A model generated the notes under the pieces. It did no database searches, had not been told where the DNA came from, and saw only the letters and a list, made by a program, of their open reading frames with translations. A program made the translations under genes and the position numbers. Positions 35,867-48,494 of a stretch of DNA of 64,000 nt are shown here, piece by piece. The stretch is from Scenedesmus sp. PABB004 (lineage: Eukaryota): positions 1 to 64,000 of the forward strand of contig JABVCE010000020.1 of NCBI GenBank assembly GCA_014905635.1. Direction: 5' to 3'. Numbering within the stretch: position 1 is the first letter of the stretch; every line of letters begins with the position of its first letter.

Positions 35867-36837
35867 GCGCGGCGCCTTCACGCGCAGCGCGGGCGGCCGT
35901 GTGGCGGTCGTTTTTACTCCGCATGCATGGCGCCCAGCGCGATGCCACTGCCGAGCGCACCCCAAGCTGCTCGCGCGCCCGCGACGCACCGCTGCTGCAC
36001 ACACACGCGCGCCACAGACCCGCGCTGGCAGCCCCCCCCCCCCCCCACCTCATGGCCCGAGCGCAGTGCCGCCGCTCCATCGTGCTGCCGCACCGCCGCC
36101 GCGCAGGGACGGCTGCGCGGCCACCGCTAGCGCACACCAACTCGCAGCTTAAGCACACACCCAGCAGCGGCCAAAACTGCTCCAGCAGCCATGCAGCAGC
36201 ACCACCCACGACAGCTTGGATGCCAGCGGCCCACGCGCGAGGCCGGCGAGAGCATGCGTTTGGGCGGGCGGCCACGGACTTGGCAGGCAGCCGCCTCCGT
36301 TCAAGCCGCCTCCGTTCAAGCGTCAAGCGCCAACGCGCGCAGCATTGAGATCAGCCCAACCAAAGCTCAGTCCCGCACGCGCATGCGCAGCACCCAGCCA
36401 CCCACGAGCTGGTGAATGCCGGCAGCGCACGCGCGCCGCCAGCAGCCATTCCCCCTCCAGCACTGCTGACGTCGTCGCGTGCGCGCACAGCAGCCGACGT
36501 GCCCAGCCGCCCAACCCGCCGGACCACCGCACCGCCGCCACCACCCAAGAGTTCAGTGCATGTGCCACAGCCTTTGCCAGCCGCCCCCGCTGACCCCAGA
36601 CAAGTTGCACAGCTCCATCCAGCCTTGCAGAGCTGGCATGCCGCCAGCTGTGCTTCCCCCGGCCAGTTCTGCAACCAGCGCCTCCGCAGCTGGTGGCGGC
36701 GCCCACACCCAACCCCGTCCCCAGCAGCGCAGGCGTCTTGAGCCCCCCGGGCCGCCCGGCGCTCCAGACCTGGCGGGGCCGCGCCTTGAGCGCGCGCTCC
36801 ACGCCTCCAGTGCCGCCCCCAGCGCAGTCACATGCTG

Positions 36838-38891
36838 TCATTCAGAGGAAGAACCATCCACCAGGCCCCCAGCGAGCAGTGGCGCGCCGTGAGGCCGTGG
36901 CGCGCACAGCTTGCTGACCGCGCGCACCATCCAAGAACCAGGCAGGCAAGCAACAGCCCTCATGCACCAACGCGGCGCCGCCCGCACCCCCAGCCCCCGC
37001 GCCGCCCGGCAGACACGCCCACACTCTTGCATGCAATGCGCGGCAGCACTACGGCGCGCACAGGCCGGTGACGTCGGTGTTGCGCAGCGGGTTGGGGTCG
37101 CACCGCTCGTCAGCTCCTTGAGCGGCACCCACGTGGTGCAGCCCTCGGGCAGCTCACACACACGCGGGTGCACCAGAAGCGCCCCGTCACGCTCGAGCCA
37201 CGCGCGCGGCAGGCAGCCGGAGAGCTGCGGGTTGTCGGTGATGGCCAGCCCAGACAGCTTGGACGCCGCCCAGCTCGCGGGAATCTCGCCCCGCAGGTCG
37301 CAGTAGCTCACGTCCAGCTGCCACAGCTCCATGCCGCCCCACTCGGGCGGCAGCGTGGCGTTCAGCGGGTTGCCGGTGAGGTTGAGCGCACCCAGCCGAG
37401 CTTGCTTGTTAGGCCTCGTCCAGTCGCCCCACTCGGGCGGCAGCGGGCCGCGGAGCTGGTTGTTGGCCAGGTTGAGCCCGACGTTTGAATAACAGCCTGT
37501 TGGCCGCAGCAGATGCGTGCGTTAGGGCAGCCAGCGGCTAGGCCTGCCAGCAGCGCGCTCGTCGCTCACGCGCCAGCCCCCGTTGAAGCGCAGCGCGCGC
37601 GACGGCCCACCTTCACGGTACGTCCACCGCGCCCAGGCCGCCGGCAGCGTGGAGGTGAGGGCGTTGTCCGACAGGTCGATGCTCACCCGGCCCGCCGGCA
37701 CCTCGGGAAGTGGGCCCGTAAGTTGATTGTGAGCGAGGCTGAGGTAGGCTTGGCCGTCGGGCCCAGAGCAGCGGGCGCCGCGCAGCGCCCACCCCTTCCA
37801 GCCATCGATGCGGCCCGTCAGCTGCGGCAGCTCGGCGGGCCGGGTTGCATTGCAGGTTGGTCAGCGTCCGCCCGCGCCGTGCCGCCGCCTTGCCACCGCT
37901 GCCAGGCAACGCAGCGCACCTGGTTGTGGCTGAGGTCCAGGATCTTGACGTTGTTCATGAACACCCTGGGCGGCAGCGACCCCGACAGCGCGTTGTGGTG
38001 CAGCAGCACCAAGCCTGCCGCCAGGCCGGCCCAGGCCTCGGGGATGGAGCCGGTGATGTTGTTGCGCGACAGGTCGAGTCTCTTGAGGCTGGCCATGCCG
38101 CCGCCCCAGGCGGCAGGCAGGGGCCCGCCGAGTGAGTTGCCTTGGAGGTGGAGCTCATGCAGCGCCGCCATGCCCGACCACGCCCCGGGCAGCGGGCCGG
38201 TCAACGCCTGGCCATGGAGGTCCAGCGACTGCAGGGCGGCGAGTGCGCCCCACGCCCCGGGCAGCGGGCCGGTCAGCCCCAGGCCGTGGAGGTCCAGCGA
38301 CTGCAGCGCGGTGAGCGCGCCCCACGACGGCGGGAGCGGCCCCGAAATGCGGTGATTGACGCCTTGCCGTATGTACAGCCAGCTCAGGGCAGGCAGCGCG
38401 CCCGGCGCGACGTCGTCGGACATCGACGTGAAGCGGCTGCCGGCAATGTCCACGCGCTCCACGTTTGGCGGCAGCGCCGCCAGCGACAGCGGGCCGCTCA
38501 TGCCCAGCCGGCCGAGGTAGAGGGTCTTCAGGCCTGTGAGGTTGCGCCACTCCTCGGGCCAGGACGTGGCGCTGAGGTTGTAGTTGCGGCGTGAGTAGAT
38601 GAACAGCGACTCCAGCCCGGGGCCGAGCTCGCCCCACGCGCGCGGCAGGCGGCCCGTCAGCGGCCCTTCCCCGTTGCCAACATAGATGTAGATCCCCGTG
38701 GCCCGGCCGTCTGTGCAGGACACGCCCAACCAGGTGCACGTGCTGGTGTCGGGGCGCCATGACGTCGCGTAGCGATTGCTGGCGGGCAGGCCCAGCTCCG
38801 CCAGGCCGCGCAGCAGCACCGACGCCACTCGGTCGTCGGGGAGGGCAAGGCTCCCGTTGCACGCGCTCTTGGCGTCGGGGCCTGGAGTCAT
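36838..38891 (-). CDS. Extracellular plant-type LRR protein (LRRNT cap; no TM or kinase seen)
   Basis: SWRPDTSTCTWLGVSC cap, 24-aa LxxLxLxxNxLxGPLPxxW repeats over 3 exons, C-cap DNPQLSGCLP. The true start and signal peptide are not resolved. Confidence 0.85.
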
Positions 38892-39619
38892 CGGCAGCAG
38901 GGCGCCGGCGGTGCGGCTGGTGCGGCTGGTGCGGCTGGTCGAGCAGGGCAGGAGCCCGCAAGCCACTCGGCAGCAGAGCCCCGGAAGCGGGGCCTGGCGG
39001 GCGCGGCTGGGAGTCTGGCCAATCCAGCGGTGATCACGCCTCGCGTCTGCACCAGCACGCACACCACGGGCGCGGCGTCACCGCGCCGCTGCTAGCGCCC
39101 GCTCGCCGCTCGCCGCGCTGGGCGCGCCGGCGCGGCGGGGTGTGTGTGGGTCGCGGCACCGTGTGCTGAACGCTATCAAGCCAGGAGCGTGCATGATGGC
39201 CGTGCCAGAAAGGACGTTTACACGGCGCCGACGCCGACGCTGCGGAAAAAAAAGGCGAGCCTGCGCGCACCCCTCCCTCCTATCAGTGCACCCTGGAGCT
39301 GGAGCTGCTGCGGCGGCTGGGGCGAGCAAGAATCGCAAGGGCATGCCGGGAATGCAGTACTGCTGGTTCAAAGGGAAACCATGGCCGGGTGGAGCGGCGC
39401 CCACCGGGGAAGAGAGGCGTGAGCATGGGGATCACAAACGGGCTCCGCGCCGCGCGGGCCGTTCAAGGCAGCTTGAGCACGTGCAGCGGGGGCCGGGAGT
39501 TGGCGACAGATTTGTGCGACCGGCCGCCTGCGAACGCGACACAGGCGCAGGGAGCTCAGGTGGCTGCTCTCAAGGCAGACACAGACACCCCGAGAAACAC
39601 CAGCCTGAAGCATAAAGCA

Positions 39620-40589
39620 TCACGCCGCGAGCGTGAAGTAGGTGAGGCCGGCGGCCGCGTTGCCCAGGCCCGCGCCCGCCGCCCACGCGGCGAGGTCAAA
39701 GCCCTGCACCGCGCCGACGCGCGCGCTGCGGCGCTTGATGGGCTTGGCCACGCTCACGTCCAGCCCGGGGGGCTGGCGGTAGAGCACAAACACAAAGCGG
39801 TGCACGCCGCGCGGCGGCGAGGGCGGCGCAAAGCTGACCGCCTCCTGGCCCGCCGTGGTGTTGCTGCCCGGGATGTTGACGACGAGCCTGTTGGCGGCTC
39901 GCGGGGCACGCAGGGCGGGGGCGCGGCGCGCGTGGGCGCGCTGGCCGGAGCAGCGCTGGCAGCCGAGGGGCTCGGCCGGGGCGGCCACCGCGCCCGCGCG
40001 CGCACCAGTGCAGGTAGCGGGCGTTGCCGCCGCCCTGCTGGCCGTTTGGCGCGTCGGGGTCGACGAGGGCGAGCGTGTACTTGGCGTCCGGGTCGGGGGC
40101 GGGCCACGCCACGTCGGGCCGGGTCACGAGCTTGCGCTTGTCCTGCGCCGGCGCAGAGGGCGGTGAGCCGCGGGCGCAGCTGGCAGCGCGCGCCGCCGCT
40201 GCGGCACGCACAGGGCGGTGCGCGGCGCGCAGCTGGCAGCGCGCGCCGCCGCTGCGGCACGCACAGGGCGGTGCGCGGCGCGCAGCTGGCAGCGCGCGCC
40301 GCCGCTGCGGCAGGCGGCCGCCGATGCCGCCGATCATCCCCGTCACCTCCTTGGCAAGGTATGCCCCGTAGTCGATCACGAAGCTTCCAAGTACGGTGAC
40401 GGTGATGTTGGTGTCGCTGGAATTTGCGAGCAGCACGCCCAAGGCCTGGGCGATGGCGTCTCTCCGCTCTACGCCCACGATGGGCGTCTGCCTGAGGGAG
40501 CGGGCTGTCGCTGATCCCACAGCCAGTGCCACCACGCAGAGCGCCACCAGCGCGCCGCGCGGGGCGCTGGGAGGGCGAGAGAGCAGCAT
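39620..40589 (-). CDS. PEBP (phosphatidylethanolamine-binding/RKIP) family protein with signal peptide
   Basis: ALVALCVVALAVGSATA leader; YTLALVDPDAP, YLHW|LVVNIPG, PSPPRGVHRFVFVLYRQ motifs. Confidence 0.92.
40174..40312. repeat. 53-bp minisatellite (about 2.6 copies) inside PEBP intron 1
   Basis: Unit gcgcagctggcagcgcgcgccgccgctgcggcacgcacagggcggtgcgcggc starts at 40174, 40227 and 40280. Confidence 0.9.
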
Positions 40590-40917
40590 GCCGAGTTGGA
40601 TGCAGGCCGCGTGTCGGGTGCGATGGGGGAGCGGTTAGGCGGAGCTGAGCAGCTGTTGCGGGGGCACAAGCAGTGGGTCTGGGTGCAGCGCGTGGAACAG
40701 CGGCGCTGCTGCGGACAGCGCAACGGGCGCAGATGCGGCCGCTGCGCTTTCGCCTCGCCGCGCGCCCTCGCGACGCCCCGCCGCTGCTCGCCGATCACGC
40801 TGTCTCCTCGAGGCTGAGTCCTGGCCGCACTGGAGGCGCACGAACGCGCGGACCGCTGCCGCCCGCCGCCGCTGGCCTGGTCGGCGCGCGGCGCGAGCTT
40901 CGCGGCGGCGCATCATC

Positions 40918-43900
40918 TCACAACTCGCTCCCGGCCCGCCGCCGGCCCCGGCCCGCGCCCCGCTGCCTCTTCCACGCCTCACCGCCGGCGCGGGGTGGCC
41001 AGCCGCTGCGGCTGGCGCTGCGGCTGGCGCCGCCGCGCCGCCAGCCCGCGCCGCGCAGCGCCTCGTCACCGAGCAGGTGCTCCAGCGCACCCGCCAGCGT
41101 GCCGCAGCGCACCACGGACAGCCCGCCCAGCTCGCCCGGGTCGAGCGCGAGCGCGCCGCCCGCTGCGGGCACGACGGCCTGGGTGAAGCCGAGCTTGGCG
41201 AGCTCCAGCAGCCGCAGCTGGCGGCGGCGGCGCGGCGCAGCGTCAGCTGCCCGCCCGGGCAGCGACGCCCCCCGCAGTCGCTCCCCCGCCGGCGCTCCCG
41301 CCGCCGCCGGCTCACCTCAAGGTTTTGCACGGGACGCAGCTCGCCCGCGAGCCCCACCTCCCCGAGCGCCGCGGTGCGGGGCGGGAGCGGCGCGTTGGCC
41401 GCGCTGCTCGCGACCGCGGCGAGCAGGGGCAGGTCGGTGCTGGTCTCGCCGGGGGGGATCTTATATCCGCTGACGACGTTGACAAACAGGCTGAACGCGC
41501 CGCACTGCGCCCAGCCACCGGGGTGAGTGGTGGACGCGAGGTGAGTGCGGGGTGAGCGTGTGTGAGGGCGCGAGCGTGCGTGTGGGACACGCGCGGCGCG
41601 GGCCCTGCGCGCCTGCGCGCCGCCGGCACGCCCTGCCCCGCGCCGCCGCGGTCCGCGCCGCCGCGGAGCCCCCCCCCCCCACCCACACCCACCTTGACTG
41701 GCGTGTACTTGGACAGCAGCTGCAGCAGCATCTCCAGGCGCGGCCGGTCGCCCACGCCGGCGTAGTGGCGGTACGGCCGCGACGGCGTCGGGCCGGGCGA
41801 CGCCGCGCCGCCGCGCCACGCCGCGCCGCCGCGGGGCCAGGGCGAGAAGCCGCGCTCGCCCTCGCTGTCGCTGTCGCCGTCGTCGTCGTCGTCGTCGCCA
41901 TCGTCGTACGCCTCCCCCTCCTCTCCCTCTGCCGCCTCGTCCGCCGCGTCATCGCCGTACGCGGCGCCGCCGTCCTCGGCCTCGCTGCGGTGCGTCGCGA
42001 GCGCCTGCACCTCCAGCGGCAGCGGCCGCACGCCGTCCAGCACCACGCCGACGGCCGTGCCCACCAGCCCCGTGCCGCGCCGCGGCTCGCCGCCGCCCCG
42101 GCCGCCGCCTCGGCCGCGGCGGCGGTGGAGGGCAGGAAGAGCGAGGCCGCGTCGGTCACCGCGGCGAGGCCGGGGCCGGCCATGGTGAACAGGCCCACCT
42201 CGCCCACGCGGCCGTGCCGGTTCTTGACCGCGCGCAGCATGCGCAGCCCGCCGCCCGAGCCGCCGGGGCCGCGCCCGCCGCCGGCGCCCTGCGCGCGCGG
42301 GCGCGGCGCGGGGCGTGGGCGCCGGCGCGCGCCCCGGCCAGCCGCCTGTGAACGAGCGCCGCGCGCCCCGCGTGGGCCCTGCAGCCCCCGCCCCTGCGCC
42401 TCGCCACCCCTCCGCCTTGCCACCCCTCCACCTCACCACCCCTTCTGCACCGCACAGCCAAAACCCTCAAACCCCAACCCCCCAGCCACGCGCCTGGAGG
42501 TAGAGCACGACGTCCACCTGGTGCTCCAGGTGCTTCGGCCCCGCGATCGCCCCGCCCTTGGTCACGTGGCCCACCAGGAACGTCGCGCAGCGCATGGACT
42601 TGGCCACGTGCAGCAGGCACGACGCGCTCTCGCGCACCTGCGAGACGCAACGCAGGCGGCGGCGCGGCGCTCTCGCGGGCGGCGCGCGGCAGCGCCGCGC
42701 GGCGGCGGCCGCCCCTGCCTGCGCCGCCCCGCCCTGCCGCGCTCGCCGCGCCGCGCACCTGGGTGATGCTGCCGGGACGGCCCGGCACGTCGCGCAGCGC
42801 CACGGTCTGGATGCTGTCCACCACGAGCGCCGCGGGCGCGAGCGCCGCCACCGCGGCGGCGATGGCGTCGACGCGATTCTCCACCAGCAGCCGCACGTCC
42901 AGGCCGCGCCCGCCGGGCGCCCCGACCAGGCCCAGCCGCCGCGCGCGCTCCCACACCTGCGCGGCGGGCCACGGGGGGTGGGCGCGCGCGCTTGCGCCCG
43001 CCCGTGCGCGGCGCGGCGGAGGCGCGCCCTGGCTCGCCGGCCGGGGCGCACCTGCTCGCTGCTCTCCTCCGCCGTCACGTACAGCACCGGCCGCCCGGCA
43101 AACCCAGGCGGCGTCGCTGCGGCGCCGCCCGCCGCCGCTGCCGCCTCGGCGTCCTCCAGCCAGCCCGCGCCGCCGCCGCTGCTGCAGCCGGGCGCGGACT
43201 GCGGCGCGGCGGCGCGGGCTGCCACGGCGCGGCGCGCAGCGAGAGGCAGGTCATCGTCGCCGCTGGCCTCGCCCTCGCTGAGGCTGGCGACGCCCTCGCC
43301 CTCGCCGGCCGGCGCGTGCTGCGCCGCGGCGCCGCGGCACGCCTGCGCGACGAGGCCGGCGACCTGCAGCAGCAGCGTTGACTTGCCCATCCCCGGCTCG
43401 CCACCGACCAGAACGAGCGACCCGGGCACGAGCCCGCCGCCCAGCACGCGCGAGACCTCCGCGCCCGTCGCGCCGTGCAGCGGCAGCCGCAGCGCCGCCG
43501 CTGCGACCGACATGTCGGACAGGCGCTGCGGCACCGCGGGGGCGTCGCCGTCGGCCACGGCGACCCAGCCGCCCAGCACGCCGCCAAAGCCGCCGCCGGC
43601 GCCAGCGAACGCGCCACGGGGCGCGTAGCCGCCGTCGTCGTCGTCGATGCTGCCGTCGTCATCGACGCTGCTGCCTGGCGGCAAGCGGTACGGGCTGAAC
43701 GCGCCGCTGCCGCGCGCGGCGCCGCCGCGGCTGCGCCCAGCGGTGCCCGGCTTGGCGCGCAGCGCGGCGGCCGCGGCGGCGGCGCCCGAGGCGGCCGACG
43801 GCGGCGGCTCCGGCTGCAGCTCGACCGTCTGCAGCGTGGACCAGGCGCCGCAGCCCCTGCACTGGCCGTGCCACTGCGCGTGCTCCTCGCCGCACGCAGA

Positions 43901-44221
43901 GCAGCGGTGCACGACCTTGGGCCTTGCCCCGCTCTTGCTGGCGGCGCAGCGCGTCGCCTGGCGCAGCGGGGCTGCCGGCACGGCCCAGGGCAGCGGCCGG
44001 GCGAGGGCCGCGCCCGCGCCGCCGAGCCAGCGCGGAGTGGCAGCGGCGGCGGCAGCAGCGGGCCCGCCGCCGACGCGTCGGGCGCCCAGGCCGCCGGGGA
44101 CCGCGAGAGCGCCTGAAATCGACGCCATGCGCGCGCTCGTCACCGTCCAGGCGCCGCTGCTGCTGCCGCTGTGCGCGAGGCGGACTGCTGCTCGCAGCGC
44201 GGACGCGAGCCGCGGCGGCAT
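40918..44221 (-). CDS. RADA: Organellar DNA repair protein RadA/Sms; apparent frameshift near 42097
   Basis: C4 zinc finger CSACG...CRGCGAW, Walker [50 protein letters not shown], and Lon-like C-terminal [12 protein letters not shown]. Long transit-like leader. Confidence 0.93.
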
Positions 44222-44380
44222 GCGGGTGCGCCTACATGGCCGTCAACGCAGCCCGAGGCGCGTGCGCGAGCAACTCTCAACACTGGACCAACAACTGTCT
44301 CCGCCTCGCCAGCACTCGCGTGCGCACGCGGCGGCCGGGTCTCAAAGGCGCTGCGCCCCGCCGGCCGCCCGCCCGACTTC

Positions 44381-45556
44381 TCACCGCGCGCCGCCCCGCG
44401 CCGGCAGCTGCGGGCTGCCGGCGCCGACGCAGCCGCGGCCGCCGCCGCCGCCGGGTCGCCGTCCGGCGGCGGGTCGTCGGGCGTGGCGATCCACTGCGCG
44501 AACGAGGCGATCTGCGCGAGCGCGAGCGCGAAGCTGCTCCGCAGCAGCGCAATGGGCGCGGCGTACGTCGTCAGCAGCACGTCCTGCGGGCCGCGGGCCG
44601 CGTGCGCGCGGGCGGGGCGCAAGGGCTCGGCGCCAGCCGAGCACATCAGCCGCGGCGGCCCCACACCGCCCGCCCGCCGCACCAGGCCGCGGGCTGCGAC
44701 CTCCAGCACCGTGTCCAGCTTGCGCTCGTAGCGCGCCAGGCGGGGCGCCAGCTGCGACTCAAACAGCAGCGCCGCGCCCTGCGCGCGCGCGCGCGCGCGC
44801 GTGCCCGTGTGTGCGCGCGCGGGGCGGGCGGCCGCGCGCGGGGGCGGCCGCGCGCGGGGGGCGGCCGCGCGCGCCCGGCCGCCGCCGGCTCACGTGGCCG
44901 CCGTGCAGCTGCAGCCACAGCAACAGCACCAGCTTTGCGTGGGGATAGTATGGCACCCTGCGGGCGGGGGGCGGGGGCGGGGGCAGGGGTGGAGGTGGCG
45001 CGGGGCTGCCGCCGCTGCCGCTGCCGCTGCCGCCGCAGTGCCCGCCGACCACCGACCGTTCCAGGTGCTCCCCCAGCAGGCGCTCCGCGACGTGCAGCCC
45101 CCGACGACCGCCCAGTACTTGAGCCAGCGCTCGCTCTCCAGCGCGTGCGCCGCCGCGCTGGCGCGGCCCAGCCCGGGCGGGCGGTGCGGCGCGCGCACAG
45201 CCTTGTACGACGCGTACGCCGGGTACAGCGCGCCCACCGCCACGCTGCGCGACGTGTGAGCGGCAGCGGTGAGCGCGGGCGACGCCCGTGGGCGGCGGTG
45301 AGCGCCGCACGGCAGCGAGAGAGGAGTTGCGCTGCCAGGCCGAGCGCCGCGCGCGCCGCCCACCACGCGCCGCGCGCGATGAACGCGGTGCTCTGCGGCT
45401 CCAGCAGCAGCTGCAGCCCCACCTGTGTGCGCATGCGGCGGCGGCGGCGCCGCGCATGGGCAGGCGCGGGCGCAGGCGAGAGCGGCAGCGGGTGCAAGCT
45501 GCGGCGCGCCAGGCGCTCGGGCCGCCGCGCACCCTGCTGGCCAGGGCGACGTCCAT
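44381..45556 (-). CDS. HVA22/TB2-DP1 (REEP) family protein; apparent frameshift at 45098-45102; 3' end uncertain
   Basis: VGALYPAYASYKAV, WLKYWAVV, VPYYPHAKLVLLLWLQL, GAALLFESQLAPRLARYERKLD. Confidence 0.85.
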
Positions 45557-45904
45557 GGTCGCGGCGCGCACACAGGCCGCGCGAAGGCGGGCGGCGGGGC
45601 GGCGGCACGCGTGCGAGGCGCTGCTCGCGGGCTCCGCGCGACGCCCGTGGTGGCTGGCGAGCTGCGCTGCGCTGCTCAAGGGTGCCGGCACCGCGAAATG
45701 CGCGTCCTCGAAAGGCGAAAACTGCGGCCAGGACGGCGTGTCGCGCAGTGCGGAGCCGCGCCGCAGCCCGCGCGGCGCCGCAAACCGCCGCGCTTCAGCT
45801 TGAGCTCCTCGCTGCGCCGAACAGCGTGCGGCGGCCTCGCCCGTGACGCCGCGATTGAGCGCGTCGCACGATCGGCTGCGGCCTGACCGGCGCGCGCGCT
45901 GAAA

Positions 45905-48263
45905 ATGCTGCTGCTGCGCGCCGCCGCCCGCGCCAGCCGCAGCGGCGCGGGCCGCCGCCTGATGGCGCAGATGCTGCTGCTGCCCGCCGCCGCTCGGCGT
46001 GGCGCCGCCGCCGCGGGCGGCGCGCTCGCACCGGGCGGCGCCGTGCGTTCGCTCGCGTCGCTGCTCAACGCGCCAGGCGCAGCCGTCGTGGAGTCCCTGG
46101 ACGGCTTCCTGGCCTGCCACCCGCACCTCGCCCGCCTGGAGGGCGTCCCTGACGTCAAGGTCGTGGTGGACCCGCGGCACCCGGGGTCGCGCGTCGCGCT
46201 CATCAGCGGCGGCGGCAGCGGCCACGAGCCCGCGCACGCGGGCTACGTCGGGCACGGCATGCTCGCGGCGGCGGTCGCGGGCGACGTGTTTGCCTCCCCG
46301 CCCGCGGCCGCGGTGCTGGCGGCGATCCGCGCCGTCACCGGCCCCGGCGGCGCGCTGCTGGTGGTCAAGAACTACACGGGAGACCGGCTCAACTTCGGGC
46401 TCGCCGCGGAGCAGGCCAAGGCGGAGGGCCTGGCCGTGGAGGTGGTGCTCGTGGGCGAGGACGCCGCGCTCGCCGCGCCGCGCCTCGCGGGCCGGCGCGG
46501 CCTCGCCGGGACGGTGCTGGTGCACAAGGTGTGCCCCGCGGCGGCGCCGGCGCAGAGCGGCGGCGGCGGCGTGCTGCGGCGCAGCGCGGCCCCGCAGCGT
46601 GCGCCCACCGCGCGGCCGCCGCCGCGCGGCCGCGCAGATCGCTGGCGCGGCGGCGGCCGCGGGCGCGCCGCTCGGCGCGGTCGCGGCGCTCGCGCGCCGG
46701 GTGGCGGAGCGCAGCGCGACGCTCGGCGTCGCGCTGCGCGGCTGCACGCTGCCGGGGCACCCGCCCACGACGCGGCCCGCGCCGGGCGAGGTGGAGCTGG
46801 GGCTGGGCATCCACGGCGAGCCCGGCGCGGCGGTGCTGCCGCTCGCGCCGGCGGCGGAGCTCGTGGGCGTGATGATGGAGCGCCTCGTCGCCGCGCCGGG
46901 TGGGCGGGCGCAGCGGGCGGCTGCAGGGCGGCAGGGGCGGCAAGGGGCTGTGCGGCGGCTGCGCGCCGCGCCCGCCCGCCGCGCGCCCAACCGGTGGCCG
47001 CGCCCGCGCCGCAGCCACCGCGTCGCTGTTCGCCCCCGGCGCGCGCGTCGCGCTCCTGGTGAACAGCCTGGGCGCCACGCCCGCACTCGAGATGGGCGTC
47101 GTGGCGCGCGACGCGCTCGCGGCGGCGGAGGCACACGGGGTGTGTGAGCCGCGCCGCGCCGCGCCGCGCGCCGCCGCGCCCCGCCACCGCGCCCCGCCCT
47201 GGCCTCACCCGTGCGCTTACCCGCCGCCGCCGCCGCCGCCGGGGCGGGCAGCTGTGTGTCGTGTCGATGCTGTCCGGGCCGTTTGTCACGAGCCTCGACA
47301 TGGCCGGCGCCAGCCTCACGCTGCTCGCGCTCACGCCCGACATGGAGCCGCTGCTCCCGGCGCCAACCGACGCGCCGGCGTGGCCAGCCAACGGCGGCGC
47401 CATCGCGCCGCGCCGCAGCGCCGCGCCGCGCGTCGTGCTGCTGCCGGCGGCGCCGGGCCCGGCGCCGGATGGCGCCGCGCCGGCGCCGGGCGGCGCGCGC
47501 GATGCGGCGCTGGAGGCGTGCGTGCGCGCCGCCGCGGCGGCGCTGCAGGGCCTGACGGGTGAGCTGAACGAGATTGACGCCAAGGTAGGCCCACGGAGCA
47601 GAGGCGGCCCGCGCGCGGCGCCGTGCGCGCCGCAGCGCGCCCTGCGTGAGCGTGCTGTGCTGTGCAGGCCACTGCGGCGCCCGGCCCACACGGCCCGCCG
47701 CGCCCGCAGGGCGGCGACGGCGACGCGGGCGACACGCTCGCGGCGGCGCGGCCGCGCTGCTGTGCGCGCTCGACGGCGGCGCGCTGCCGAGCGCGCCGCC
47801 CGGCGACGCGCTGCGGGGCATCGCCGGCGCGATCAGCGCCGCGTCGGGCGGCACCAGCGGGGCGCTGTACGCGGTGGGCCTCACCGTGGCGGCGGCCGCG
47901 CTGTCGCGCGCGGGGCCGTCGCCGGCCGTGGGCGACTGGGCGGCCGCGTTTGACGCCGGCGTCGCCGCCGTCGCCCGCGTCGGAGGGGCCGGCCCCCGCT
48001 GTCGCACGATGCTCGACGCGCTGCTGCCGGCGGGCAAGGCGCTGCACGCCGCGGCGGCGGCGGGCCAGGGCGCCGCGGCGGCGGCGGCGGCCGCAGCGGA
48101 GGCAGCGGCGGCGGGCGCGGAGGCGACGCGGGCCATGCCCGCGCTCGCGGGCCGCGCGAGCTACGTGCCCGCCGCGGCCGTGGCGGGCGTGCCCGACGCC
48201 GGCGCGGTCGGCGCCGCGGCCTGGCTGCGGGCGGTCGCGGACGCGCTCGCCGCGTCGGCGTGA
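45905..48263 (+). CDS. DAK: ATP-dependent dihydroxyacetone kinase / triokinase (Dak1+Dak2 domains); apparent frameshift near 47745
   Basis: VALISGGGSGHEPAHAGYVG, VFASP, VKNYTGDRLNFGLA, RRGLAGTVLVHK, GLGIHGEPG, TSLDMAG, GDGDAGDT, GGTSGALY, RTMLDAL, GRASY, PDAGA. Confidence 0.95.
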
Positions 48264-48494
48264 CGCGCGGCGGCCTGAAGCGCGGCGGTTTTTGGTCGCG
48301 CGGCGCTGCCGCCCCTCGCGCGCCGTGTGCCGGCGCTGCTGCCGGCGCTGCTAGGACAGAGCCGGTCTGTGCTGGGCAACACGGCCTCCTCCCTGATCAA
48401 CGCCCTCTCGCGGTCGCCGCCGCCCGCGCGCAACAGCACAACAGCACAACAGGGAAGCCAGCGGCAACAGCAGGCTCCCAGGGATCGGCCCGAC

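Noticed and set aside
35870..36840. Possible transposon remnant in the less GC-rich spacer (15-bp tandem gccgcctccgttcaa x2 at about 36290; ORFs 36323-36841 and 36553-36831)
   Set aside because: No RT, transposase, TIR or TSD could be recognised. It may simply be the 3' UTRs of the convergent GH88 and LRR genes.
44759..48136. Very long ORFs such as 44759-48136(-), 28625-31813(+), 19652-22735(+) and 54352-56592(+)
   Set aside because: Ala/Arg/Pro-rich shadow frames caused by stop-codon scarcity at extreme GC. They overlap genes with recognisable motifs and contain none themselves.
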